IMG/VR virus record: IMGVR_UViG_3300031857_023291
Length of the DNA: 64,000 bases
Direction: 5' to 3' (one strand)
Source: an uncultured virus (IMG/VR IMGVR_UViG_3300031857_023291)
Lineage: Duplodnaviria; Heunggongvirae; Uroviricota; Caudoviricetes
Shown one piece after another: positions 56,301-64,000 of this stretch (positions are counted from its first letter, which is position 1; each line of letters begins with the position of its first letter). The notes under the pieces are model-generated. The model saw nothing but the letters and a program-made list of their open reading frames with translations, had not been told where the DNA came from and did no database searches. A program made the translations under genes and the position numbers.

Positions 56301-58662
56301 CGTTTGTATAAACTGGTGGTGGTGTTGAAGAATAAACTGTAAAATCAAATAAGTTATCATTGAATACCTTAGCCTGGCTGTAATTCCAGTTCTCAAGTTG
56401 ATAAGTCTTTACATTTCTATATACTTCTGGTTCAGAAAGCGCAAATGGATTGTTTGGTGTTGGATTCAATATGTTAGCATTCTTTCTAACTTCTATTGTG
56501 AATGGCATATTATTAGAAAATTTTATAGTAAATCTATTTTTAACAAAATCTCTAATTTCTGTATTTAATTCAGGCTCACCTTTTGTTTCAAAATATTTTA
56601 TTTTATCTACAGGATCAATTCTAATAACTTTCATATCATAATCAGCTTCCGGTTCTATCCAGATAAAACCTTGTTCTAAATTCTCGGCTATTGCAAAATC
56701 TCTTAATTCTTTGTCAACTGATGCTTTAGTAGAAAATAATTGATATGGTTTAAAAGATTTTCTGAGCAATGATGGAATCGGATCTTTTGCTGAAATTGGT
56801 TTGTAATAAGATGATTTAGCCTGACCATAGTTGAAAACATTTTGAACATGGCTTTGGACATTTAATCTATCCATTATATCTTTTCGACTTTTGACTTTAT
56901 CTTCCTTTGTTAGTGTTTCAGACTTGTGAAATTTGAACTTCAAAAAGTCATTAAAAAAATTTCTGTATTCATTTTCTTCACTTCTTTCAACACGTGCAAT
57001 TACTGGATTATCTGGTAAAGCATCATCACCACTAATCAAATCTTTGTCACCTTTTTTATATTTTTTTATTTTCCAAGCAGGATCAGCGGCTGTATCAGGA
57101 TTAGTCTTACTTTCACGTGTTTGAATACCCTTTTCCCAAACGTAGAAAGGTTCGCTATAAACTGGCCATTGATATACACCTGTTGGTAAATGCCACTTAG
57201 GACTTCGCAAAACCCAATCAGCTTTTTGGAAAGGCGTATTCACTTGAATTACATTTGTTCCATCTAATCCTATTGTCTTTACCAATTCAGTTGGATTTAA
57301 TGGACTACCATCAGATTTGTAAATTCCAAAAATTATCTTCTTTGGTTTGTATTTGTGATAAGGATCTATATTCTTTAAATCCAAATCTGACTTTTTTTCA
57401 TTGAACTCTGGGTCATCTGATGGTAAGTCAATATATTTAAATTGATATTCTACATCTGGTTTGAACTCACCCGTCGAATAAATCGTATTAATAACTTTCC
57501 AATTTCCATCTTTTGTTGCAGAGGAATTAGGATCTTCTGTTGATTCATCAGGTACCATCGAAAAAGGAACTTTCTCTCTATAGAACTTCAGAGCGTTTTC
57601 TTTGTAGATGTTAAAATATGTGATATTAGGAATGTTTTGATTATTTCTAAAGTTGTATTTATTCTCTGCTGATTTAATTATTTCAATTACATCATTATTA
57701 TTTAAATTTACTTTATCGACTGGTTGACTTGTTTGATATATTTTTAAGTCTTTGTAGGTATCACTAACCTCTGTCAAAAATTTCTGTATTTCAGACTTAT
57801 ATAGCGTCTCAGCGCCCTTAGCTTCTACAATTTTTTGATAAACAAAATCAAAAAAGTTTTCAGGCCTTTGGAATAAAGCAATCAACATAGTATATTTTGA
57901 CAAAAGTGTTCTTTCTGCCTGAGATGCTCTTTTTTGTTTCTCACCAGTCACAGCGGCTTTGAAATATTCATCAACGACCACCATGTCAAGTTTCAATTTC
58001 TGTTTAGGTTTTAAATCATTTACTAAAGTCTCAATTTTACTCAATTCCTTTTTTAAATCATCTCCATTGTTGAATCCCATAGCTTTAGGTCTTGTGTCTT
58101 TACCCGAATTTGTATTTGGCTTTTCAGATCTACAAGTAAATGGATTTAACGAAACTAAAGGCATTACTCTAGCTATTATATCTTCTATGTAAGCCAAATT
58201 CTCTAAAACTAATTTTGCTATCTCTATGTATGGTTTCTGTGTTTCAAAAATAGACTTCAGTGTTGTTTTTTCAATAGAACTTAAACCAATATTTTCCCAC
58301 TCAGGACTCAATTTAATCTCGGATGTTGGCATAACAAACTTACCGTCTTTTTTGTATTTGTTAATATCATCTATTTCTATTTTTGAAAGCTTTGCAAATT
58401 TTTTGAAAACTTCTTCATTCTCAGAAGCTACTGGAGAAGCAAAATTTTGCGCAAACATTCCTTTCATAACAGAATCACCTATGTCTAAATCTCCTTCAAC
58501 AAACTTTTTTAAGTAATCGGCTTGAGGAACTAGTAATAAAGAAGATGCTGTTACACCAGCAGATTTCAAAATTTCACTCTGTGGACCTGGAAATGCTAAA
58601 GAGACGTGATAAGGACCATTTAAGCCATCTGGAAATAATGGAAAAACTGGAGGTAAAGCCAT
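53392..58662 (-). CDS. 1756-aa hypothetical protein, probably structural
   Basis: Size, TAATATATA at 58682-58690, amphipathic and Pro-rich segments; no recognised domain. Confidence 0.6.
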   Translation of the reverse strand: MALPPVFPLFPDGLNGPYHVSLAFPGPQSEILKSAGVTASSLLLVPQADYLKKFVEGDLDIGDSVMKGMFAQNFASPVASENEEVFKKFAKLSKIEIDDINKYKKDGKFVMPTSEIKLSPEWENIGLSSIEKTTLKSIFETQKPYIEIAKLVLENLAYIEDIIARVMPLVSLNPFTCRSEKPNTNSGKDTRPKAMGFNNGDDLKKELSKIETLVNDLKPKQKLKLDMVVVDEYFKAAVTGEKQKRASQAERTLLSKYTMLIALFQRPENFFDFVYQKIVEAKGAETLYKSEIQKFLTEVSDTYKDLKIYQTSQPVDKVNLNNNDVIEIIKSAENKYNFRNNQNIPNITYFNIYKENALKFYREKVPFSMVPDESTEDPNSSATKDGNWKVINTIYSTGEFKPDVEYQFKYIDLPSDDPEFNEKKSDLDLKNIDPYHKYKPKKIIFGIYKSDGSPLNPTELVKTIGLDGTNVIQVNTPFQKADWVLRSPKWHLPTGVYQWPVYSEPFYVWEKGIQTRESKTNPDTAADPAWKIKKYKKGDKDLISGDDALPDNPVIARVERSEENEYRNFFNDFLKFKFHKSETLTKEDKVKSRKDIMDRLNVQSHVQNVFNYGQAKSSYYKPISAKDPIPSLLRKSFKPYQLFSTKASVDKELRDFAIAENLEQGFIWIEPEADYDMKVIRIDPVDKIKYFETKGEPELNTEIRDFVKNRFTIKFSNNMPFTIEVRKNANILNPTPNNPFALSEPEVYRNVKTYQLENWNYSQAKVFNDNLFDFTVYSSTPPPVYTNDTYKAKNAPDDKNLFYELKKVGDDYYYRKFKFKFDLEDIVIQTFIGWVAPNLLLALWIQYIAGEILEYTFTISELSYTINLDKIFPYREYSDFPKGDVILWTNEATGDGVWDKKYRRLVEVDGNGKITKWYYEKNRRFTGPSPKLPSGVVEKIDREVSSNIVLPTFGVVRDFVIDYNTETTNELKDNDISYSDQDFTLYKIKVNDNDPQGKIIDPSKITNQQLTNKELYGYGKDGLLSKYGHGSEEEPQELLTISRYRLTDLDTESYFIVEGTLRNPPPETEINVPDVAASAGQENNYYRLPDAIGAVKVFLSMLANVFAKLLPQIIKLISLFKNPMGFITDIITEKLQGSVSFLSKESLDTFKTGAKLKAELDEEKDVNEKKKKVRDMKKFYKSSPLSNYVFVKDDGKAVSILDGASLVPFGVFGLNLPFGMEMNLGGLLDKKVPLKLIFEKDLNLKNMKNLQKELNLKKIDKKPPSLKSSKPVNPNDTGDFQVRFEDGSERTVESGSFNQFTLDNKSRYNFVYLDENIGKTYQKIDEYIQKGTPEDLRRAKDLLDKAKKENPLDDSLLDKENLLKGKLEELQAGEQPLLKFILGIVTLPVKIIAGILEWIFNFFKSLINPLTLPTKIIELVSFKWVMQFFTPKGLLEIAGIRFKPEKKVEWAVQANIPGVPIPEIPNLKTPEIPEIGKFDIPNTEIPKFEPGNGDNKLNDLKKNATDLANNSKVPSDLKTGTGKVPSASDVKSGLGQVPSVDVKSVTGNLPSMSDIQNVGKPSVPSIGSLPTDASKLNLTKFKIPDLPKSLNLPEDIKLKGFDKKSIKMGDYLSGDDKKLADLSEFLNVGFHVKLPTYSAMQYRQNLKLPGPLLSAPGGGGFLCLIEKIINGIIDFVWATLGIEAIIPPPHVKLCDQKTPEEAAKIKDNTGATQSESLDGFYYEVVLENGETKKFLNQDDLQSFIDNNEKFNYDFNF

Positions 58663-58695
58663 TTAATTGTGAATTTTTAGGTATATATTACCGAA

Positions 58696-60078
58696 TTACT
58701 CCTCTACCCCTGATTCTGATGACTGCTTTTTAGAAATTAAATAATTAAAATTTGATGCTAATTCATATTTGTATTTAGCTGTCAATTTACCACTCATCTC
58801 ACCACCTGAGAATTTTACAATTATAAACATATTTATTAACTCTTGATCATCAAGATCTAATTTTAACTTTATGTTAAAATCATTCATATCTTCTTCATCT
58901 GAAACATCAAATTTAACATGATAGTCAAATTTTAGATTTAAATTATCATAATATTCTCTAAAAAACTCTCTTGATGGTATCAAATTAAAAGAATTTCCAT
59001 TATTTGATAAATAATAAATTGGTCTTTCTAAACAACCCATTTTATCAACTAATGTTTTGAATAGTTTCATTTTTACTGTACCTGATGACAATTTGAAACC
59101 ATCGTCTAATCTTTGTATATCTTCTGTAAAATTAGATTTTAAAGAGTTTGTAAAGATATTTTCTAATATTTTTGAATTCAAAATAACAATTTTCGTCTCT
59201 GTCCATTTTCTTTCCACCAATTCTGGATCAATGAAACAAGCCTCTTTGTTCTTCCAAATTTCATTTAGTAAGTCGGAAAACTTCAAAATGTTTTTATCAA
59301 ATTCTCTGAAAAACTCACCTAAATACTTGTATTTCGGATTTTGATGTCTGATGTCAAAATACTCAAAATAACCTATTGTCTCAATTCTTTTTGGATCTAT
59401 AAATCTCTCAATGTAACTTTGAATATTCTTATTCGAATTTTCATAAATAGTAGTTATCCATTCTTCAGTAAGTTTATTCCATCTATTCATGTATTCCTCA
59501 CTGAATAATCTTTCAAGATTATTTCCAATCAAATCCTCAGCAAAAGTGTTAAAAGATGAGCTTTTATTAGCCGATAAGTTTTTATTTAAGTAAAGTGAAA
59601 ATTGTCTGCCTTCATTTGTTTCTATAACTATATCTTCTTGGAAGTCTTCATTTTTATTAGGACCAATCCAATAAATCATTCTTATTCTCTCTGATTCTAA
59701 TTTTTCGTCTGGAATTAATTTATCTATAATGTTTCTTGCAGTAGTTCTGGCATTGACTAAATAGTTCCAATCATTTTCAATGTCAAATTTGAGATCATCG
59801 AAAAGACCATTTATTTTAGACAATTCGTCATCAACAACACATTTATTCTCTTCAAATTTTCCTAAACTCAATCTATTTTTTGCTAATAGTAAGTTTTTCA
59901 AATCAGTAAGAAATATTTGTGAATTCTCTGAATATCTTGCTTTTAACCCTCTATCTAATATATTATCAAGAAATTCATTATTCAATAAAACCATAGAGAT
60001 ACAAATCTCACTTATTAAGTTTTTATTAGAATAAGTCTTTGACTCTTTGAAGAGTTGATAACCTTTTAACCATTTCAT
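58696..60078 (-). CDS. N-tagged hypothetical protein
   Basis: MKWLKGYQLFKES. Confidence 0.75.
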   Translation of the reverse strand: MKWLKGYQLFKESKTYSNKNLISEICISMVLLNNEFLDNILDRGLKARYSENSQIFLTDLKNLLLAKNRLSLGKFEENKCVVDDELSKINGLFDDLKFDIENDWNYLVNARTTARNIIDKLIPDEKLESERIRMIYWIGPNKNEDFQEDIVIETNEGRQFSLYLNKNLSANKSSSFNTFAEDLIGNNLERLFSEEYMNRWNKLTEEWITTIYENSNKNIQSYIERFIDPKRIETIGYFEYFDIRHQNPKYKYLGEFFREFDKNILKFSDLLNEIWKNKEACFIDPELVERKWTETKIVILNSKILENIFTNSLKSNFTEDIQRLDDGFKLSSGTVKMKLFKTLVDKMGCLERPIYYLSNNGNSFNLIPSREFFREYYDNLNLKFDYHVKFDVSDEEDMNDFNIKLKLDLDDQELINMFIIVKFSGGEMSGKLTAKYKYELASNFNYLISKKQSSESGVEE

Positions 60079-60140
60079 ACTCTTTATATATTAAAATCGA
60101 ATTCCTTTTTTTAATATATAAATACGAGTGATATGAACAG

Positions 60141-60776
60141 ATGAGAAAACTAAAAACATATAATCAATTTAAAGAGTCATTAGTCATTGACTTAAATTTT
60201 CAGAGAGTCGAAGACCTATTGGAATCTTTGACTATTTGGCACGATGCTCTATTAAATGCCATCAGTGCAGAAGAGGTTGATATTTTTGACACTTTTAAAT
60301 TACCACAAGATTCTTTTTCTGATAAATTAGATTTAGACACACTTTGTGACAATATTGAATTTATCAATTCACTATCAAGTATTGCACTGAAAAAGTCAGA
60401 ATTAAAAAATAGTGATGACTATCAAACATTTTTAAATAAGCCTTGTAAATTTATGTTTATATTTGACATCAATTCAAATGAGTTAGAAAATCCAGTTTAT
60501 CTATTATTCCAAGTTTGGAATGATTCTTTGAATAAGTGGGAAGATGTAAAGTCTTATAAAATTAAAGATGATGTAAAAAAGTTTTATGATAAATTGACAT
60601 CACGAACAATAGAAATTGTTGATGGCGACCAAAACTATATTTACGAAACAAGCAATGGTAATGAATGGATTTTACAAAATATAGATAAAGAAAATGATAT
60701 TTATAAAAGAACATTTAGAAAAGAAGAACTTCAGAAACTATTAGACGATAGAAATGTCAAAATAAATGTTCTTTAA
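60141..60776 (+). CDS. N-tagged hypothetical protein
   Basis: MRKLKTYNQFKES. Confidence 0.75.
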   Translation: MRKLKTYNQFKESLVIDLNFQRVEDLLESLTIWHDALLNAISAEEVDIFDTFKLPQDSFSDKLDLDTLCDNIEFINSLSSIALKKSELKNSDDYQTFLNKPCKFMFIFDINSNELENPVYLLFQVWNDSLNKWEDVKSYKIKDDVKKFYDKLTSRTIEIVDGDQNYIYETSNGNEWILQNIDKENDIYKRTFRKEELQKLLDDRNVKINVL

Positions 60777-61429
60777 CTAACTATTCTCATCTTGATATAA
60801 TTCATTATTATTTGACTCTTCTCTTCATCACTTTTTGTATTAAACCATTTCCAAGTAAAAGTAGATTCTAAAAATCCAATTTTTTGTCTTAGCTCTCCAA
60901 TTCTTGTGTTTATGAATTCTTCATCATTATCTTCTAATTCAAACTCTATACCTATTTCATTACAAATTTTATAAAGTCCTATTTTATTACCATTTTCATA
61001 ATACTCGGTTGCTTTTATGTAAAGTTCATTGTAATGTTTTTTTTTGACTTTATCAGGATGAGTTAATTTAGCAATCTCTCTGTACAATTTTTTCAAAGTC
61101 GAAATATATTCTTTATCTTTAGTCTCCTCGATAGTCGTCTCAACGTCAACTTGTTCCTGATCTTCATTTTCAACCTGACTTGATTCGCTTGTTTCATCAG
61201 CTTGTTTTGAGATTTCTTGTGATTTTTTGATTGACTCATCAATAATTGCATTAATTTTCTCATCATATATTTTTTTTATATCAGGATGAGTTGTTAGAAA
61301 TTCGTTTATAGATTTTACAAATTCTGAGTCGGCCTCACTTATTATCTCACTTCTATACTCATAATCTGTCTCAATAAAATCTAATTCCTTCAGCAATTTT
61401 TTTAATTGCAGAATTTTCAACTTATCCAT
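60773..61429 (-). CDS. J-domain-containing protein
   Basis: LKKLYREIAKLTHPDK. Confidence 0.75.
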   Translation of the reverse strand: MDKLKILQLKKLLKELDFIETDYEYRSEIISEADSEFVKSINEFLTTHPDIKKIYDEKINAIIDESIKKSQEISKQADETSESSQVENEDQEQVDVETTIEETKDKEYISTLKKLYREIAKLTHPDKVKKKHYNELYIKATEYYENGNKIGLYKICNEIGIEFELEDNDEEFINTRIGELRQKIGFLESTFTWKWFNTKSDEEKSQIIMNYIKMRIVS

Positions 61430-61489
61430 TTAATTTTTCTGTATTATTTAATTTATATATATTGTATCTAAACGTTTGTTCGATAAATT

Positions 61490-61798
61490 ATGGATGAAGG
61501 CAGTAGGAAAATAAAAAGATTTGGAGAATTCATGTCAAGCAAAAGGTATGGTAGGTCTTTAAGTCATCTTATCGTAAAGGGTAAGACTAAATCTTCATTT
61601 TTTAGAAAATCTCAATATTTTGAAATACATTTTTATTATACCCCTGTAAAAAAAATCATTCTTGAAATAAAAACTGATGGTATTGAATTAAGTGACAAAA
61701 GACTATTGGTTAATTTCAAAATTGGTGATGATATCGAAAAAGTAAGAGATTGGTGTGAAAATAATGGACACGAGATAATTTTTGAATTAAATAGATAA
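61490..61798 (+). CDS. Hypothetical protein with tag-like KIKRFGEF
   Basis: ORF track. Confidence 0.65.
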   Translation: MDEGSRKIKRFGEFMSSKRYGRSLSHLIVKGKTKSSFFRKSQYFEIHFYYTPVKKIILEIKTDGIELSDKRLLVNFKIGDDIEKVRDWCENNGHEIIFELNR

Positions 61799-61808
61799 TA
61801 TATAGAAT

Positions 61809-62315
61809 ATGAAACATTTTGATTTACCAAGACTTTACCAAATAAGAAGAGATTTAATTGCTGAAAAAATAGAAGATGATGTTCTAATTGACTTAGTCAA
61901 TGAGGCTATTAAATATAAAGAATCTTTGATTTTAGAAACATCTGCTACTGGTGGATTAGCGGTTGGTGGAATGGGCGCAGTAGTATCTGCACAACCATCA
62001 GGATTAGCTGGTTCAACTATTGGTACAAATTGGGCATCTGGTGGTGGAACTACTGGTTCTGGTGATGTTTCTGTTCCTTATAATCCTTCAGGTTCAAATA
62101 GATTATTTCAAAAATTACCAACACCTATGGGTAAAGAACACGGACCAAGAACTGGTAAAAAATCTAGACAAAAAAGATTAGATGTCAAAGCATTAAAAGA
62201 TATTTTATCAAAAAGACAAGATTTTACAGATGGTCAAGGTGAAGTAAAAAAGGATAAAAGAGTTTTAGACTTTAATGACTTCCTTAAAAATGATTTTACC
62301 ACAATCAAGAAATGA
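61809..62315 (+). CDS. Gly-rich hypothetical protein
   Basis: TAATATATA at 61796; KRVLDFNDFL near C-terminus. Confidence 0.7.
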   Translation: MKHFDLPRLYQIRRDLIAEKIEDDVLIDLVNEAIKYKESLILETSATGGLAVGGMGAVVSAQPSGLAGSTIGTNWASGGGTTGSGDVSVPYNPSGSNRLFQKLPTPMGKEHGPRTGKKSRQKRLDVKALKDILSKRQDFTDGQGEVKKDKRVLDFNDFLKNDFTTIKK

Positions 62316-62563
62316 AGAACTTAAAGACATTTGAATCATTCGGAATGCAAAGAGATAACTGCGATAGATGTGGTGGTCCAACAAATAATACAACAACAAC
62401 GTCTATGTTTAATATGGATGTAATTTGTATGAATTGTAAAGAAGAAGAAAAGAAAGATCCAGAGTATGAGGCAGCATCTAAAGCCGAGTTAGAAGCAATA
62501 AGAAAAGGAGTCAAAAACTATCAAGGTGCTATGCCTGATTATGAGCCGTTAAAAAGAAGTTAA
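62312..62563 (+). CDS. N-tagged Zn-finger protein
   Basis: MKNLKTFESF; CDRC...CMNC. Confidence 0.75.
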   Translation: MKNLKTFESFGMQRDNCDRCGGPTNNTTTTSMFNMDVICMNCKEEEKKDPEYEAASKAELEAIRKGVKNYQGAMPDYEPLKRS

Positions 62564-62604
62564 ACTTTATTAACAATTTTCTATAAAATAGAAAAGTTCT
62601 TTTC

Positions 62605-63153
62605 ATGGACAAATCTAAACACGAAAAAGTTATAATTTTAGGTCAATCAGGTAGTGGGAAAGACTTCTTACTAAGAAAATTAGTAGAGAGGGGTTTAAAG
62701 CCTTGTTTGAAATGGACTACTAGACCAGCTCGTAAGTTTGAAAAACAAGGTGTTAATTATAATTTTGTTTCTGATTCTGAATTTATACAATCTATAAATG
62801 AAAATAAATTCTTAGCTTATCAAGAATTCCAAGTTACTCCAGAGGATAAGTCTCCGGAAAAATGGTACTATGGAATAACACAAGAAGAATTCGAAAAGTC
62901 ACAAGTTATGATTATGACACCTGGAGAATTCAAAAATATAACATCTGAGCAAAGAAAAGGTTGTTTTGTAGTTTACTTAGATATAGATAGAAGTATTAGA
63001 GAATCAAGATTATTAAAAAGAGAAGATAAAAACGACTCTATCAAAAGAAGACTAGATGCTGATGAAGAAGACTTTAAAGATTTAAATGATTATGATTTAA
63101 AAGTAAGAGATCCAGAATTTACAGCTGAAGATGTCTATGACCTTATGGATTAA
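62605..63153 (+). CDS. gmk: Guanylate kinase-like NMP kinase
   Basis: GQSGSGKD, TTRP.R..E..GV.Y.FVS, WYYG, RRL..D. Confidence 0.88.
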   Translation: MDKSKHEKVIILGQSGSGKDFLLRKLVERGLKPCLKWTTRPARKFEKQGVNYNFVSDSEFIQSINENKFLAYQEFQVTPEDKSPEKWYYGITQEEFEKSQVMIMTPGEFKNITSEQRKGCFVVYLDIDRSIRESRLLKREDKNDSIKRRLDADEEDFKDLNDYDLKVRDPEFTAEDVYDLMD

Positions 63154-63866
63154 GGTTCTTTTTTTCCATCAAAAGTTAATCCTTTTAATTGACCATTGAT
63201 TGAATTACACACATTTTCAGAATTACTGATTGTGTTTTCTAAAACAGACAAAAGAATATTTAAAATTGAATAAACTTTGAGTAAATTCTTTTCAGATTTA
63301 TAAAATTGAGATGAACATACTCCTTCAATTAAATCTAATGTGAGAGCTATAGTGTCATTATTTTTTACTTTCATTTTTTCAACAATGATTTTAGGTATAC
63401 CGACATCATCACATTCTTTTTCATAATCGTAAACTGTCAAATTAATCAGGTTTAATAAATTTGTATGTAGCTTAGCATCATCCATTTCTTGATAATCTTT
63501 AGATAATGTGAATTTAGAGATGTTCTTCTTATAATTTCTTAAATAAATTGTTAGATATTTTCTAAAAATTGCAGTCCTGTATTCAGTTGAAAATTGAAAA
63601 GTTGGAACTTTTGAATACATCCAAAAATCTATATAATTGAAAATATCGTGATTTGTAATATCAGAATCAGTTATATTTCTTACCACATCATCATTTTTTG
63701 CTTTATTTCTCATAAATCTTTCAACAAAACTTTCTGATATTTTTGAAAATAAATCACTAAACCACTTACCCTTTACTGCAGTGATAATTAGGAAAACCAA
63801 AATAATAAATATTGCTCCTCTGAATCCATAATTTTCAATAAGTGTTGTAATCTCAGTTATAGTCAT
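63150..63866 (-). CDS. Hypothetical protein with N-terminal TM
   Basis: ORF track; TAATATATA at 63892-63900 (minus). Confidence 0.7.
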   Translation of the reverse strand: MTITEITTLIENYGFRGAIFIILVFLIITAVKGKWFSDLFSKISESFVERFMRNKAKNDDVVRNITDSDITNHDIFNYIDFWMYSKVPTFQFSTEYRTAIFRKYLTIYLRNYKKNISKFTLSKDYQEMDDAKLHTNLLNLINLTVYDYEKECDDVGIPKIIVEKMKVKNNDTIALTLDLIEGVCSSQFYKSEKNLLKVYSILNILLSVLENTISNSENVCNSINGQLKGLTFDGKKEP

Positions 63867-64000
63867 TAGTATTAATTTTTTTTACTTAAAGTATATATTA
63901 AATAGTCTAAGGAATAAAAATTTAATTGTATCGTTTTTTTGAAAAAAACAAATGTAAATACTACTTATTAATATATAAAAAAAATAATTAAATCAAATGG

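Noticed and set aside
2141..62514. Short ORF-track entries nested in or antisense to longer genes (e.g. 2141, 4350, 9795, 10442, 10903, 11341, 12448, 14388, 17399, 18371, 20077, 21902, 22710, 24677, 26011, 29677, 30767, 33865, 39600+, 40959, 42749, 45718, 47274, 48763, 50702, 51849, 53546-59780+, 61636, 62305)
   Set aside because: Shadow frames of better-supported genes; Ser/Ile/Phe/Leu-rich antisense composition, no promoter or tag.
1..64000. Stop-codon reassignment, as seen in some Bacteroidota phages
   Set aside because: Code 11 gives dense, full-length genes; TAG and TGA end recognisable or tag-terminated proteins at expected positions.
1..64000. Bacterial chromosome or eukaryotic giant virus origin
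   Set aside because: Mostly ORFans with scattered host-like genes and no housekeeping operons; bacterial sigma, HU, intrinsic terminators and holin/spanin-like genes fit a large phage.

Overview
64 kb of a very AT-rich, gene-dense genome that reads as a jumbo/huge bacteriophage of a Bacteroidota host. Supporting this are many short ORFans, a Bacteroidota-type RpoD-like sigma factor, TAnnTTTG host-type promoters, HU, an Hc1-like protein, Dam, Gmk, MgsA, TerC, a Kdo-synthesis/glycosyltransferase operon, sulfotransferases and lysis-type genes. No capsid, terminase, polymerase, rRNA, tRNA or CRISPR was recognised; the standard code fits. The most striking structure is two mutually exclusive terminal peptide tags on otherwise unrelated proteins. 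(1) An N-terminal MK(Y/H/R)(L/I)K(T/S/K)(F/Y)xxF(x)E motif on about 24 proteins, resembling the T4 capsid-targeting sequence and nearly always downstream of a TAATATATA promoter-like motif (28 exact copies found by eye). (2) A C-terminal R(D/E)xK(L/I)xxL(G)(I/L) motif on about 22 mostly small proteins. Orphan remnants of both tags lie between genes. Also notable: a PHPT1/Janus-like phosphohistidine phosphatase, a GT29-like transferase beside kdsA/kdsD, a u-spanin-like lipoprotein, a repeated TACAGAAA-N10-TTTCTGTA palindrome, and a local GC-skew switch near 24.8 kb. All family calls come from motif recognition by eye, not database searches.
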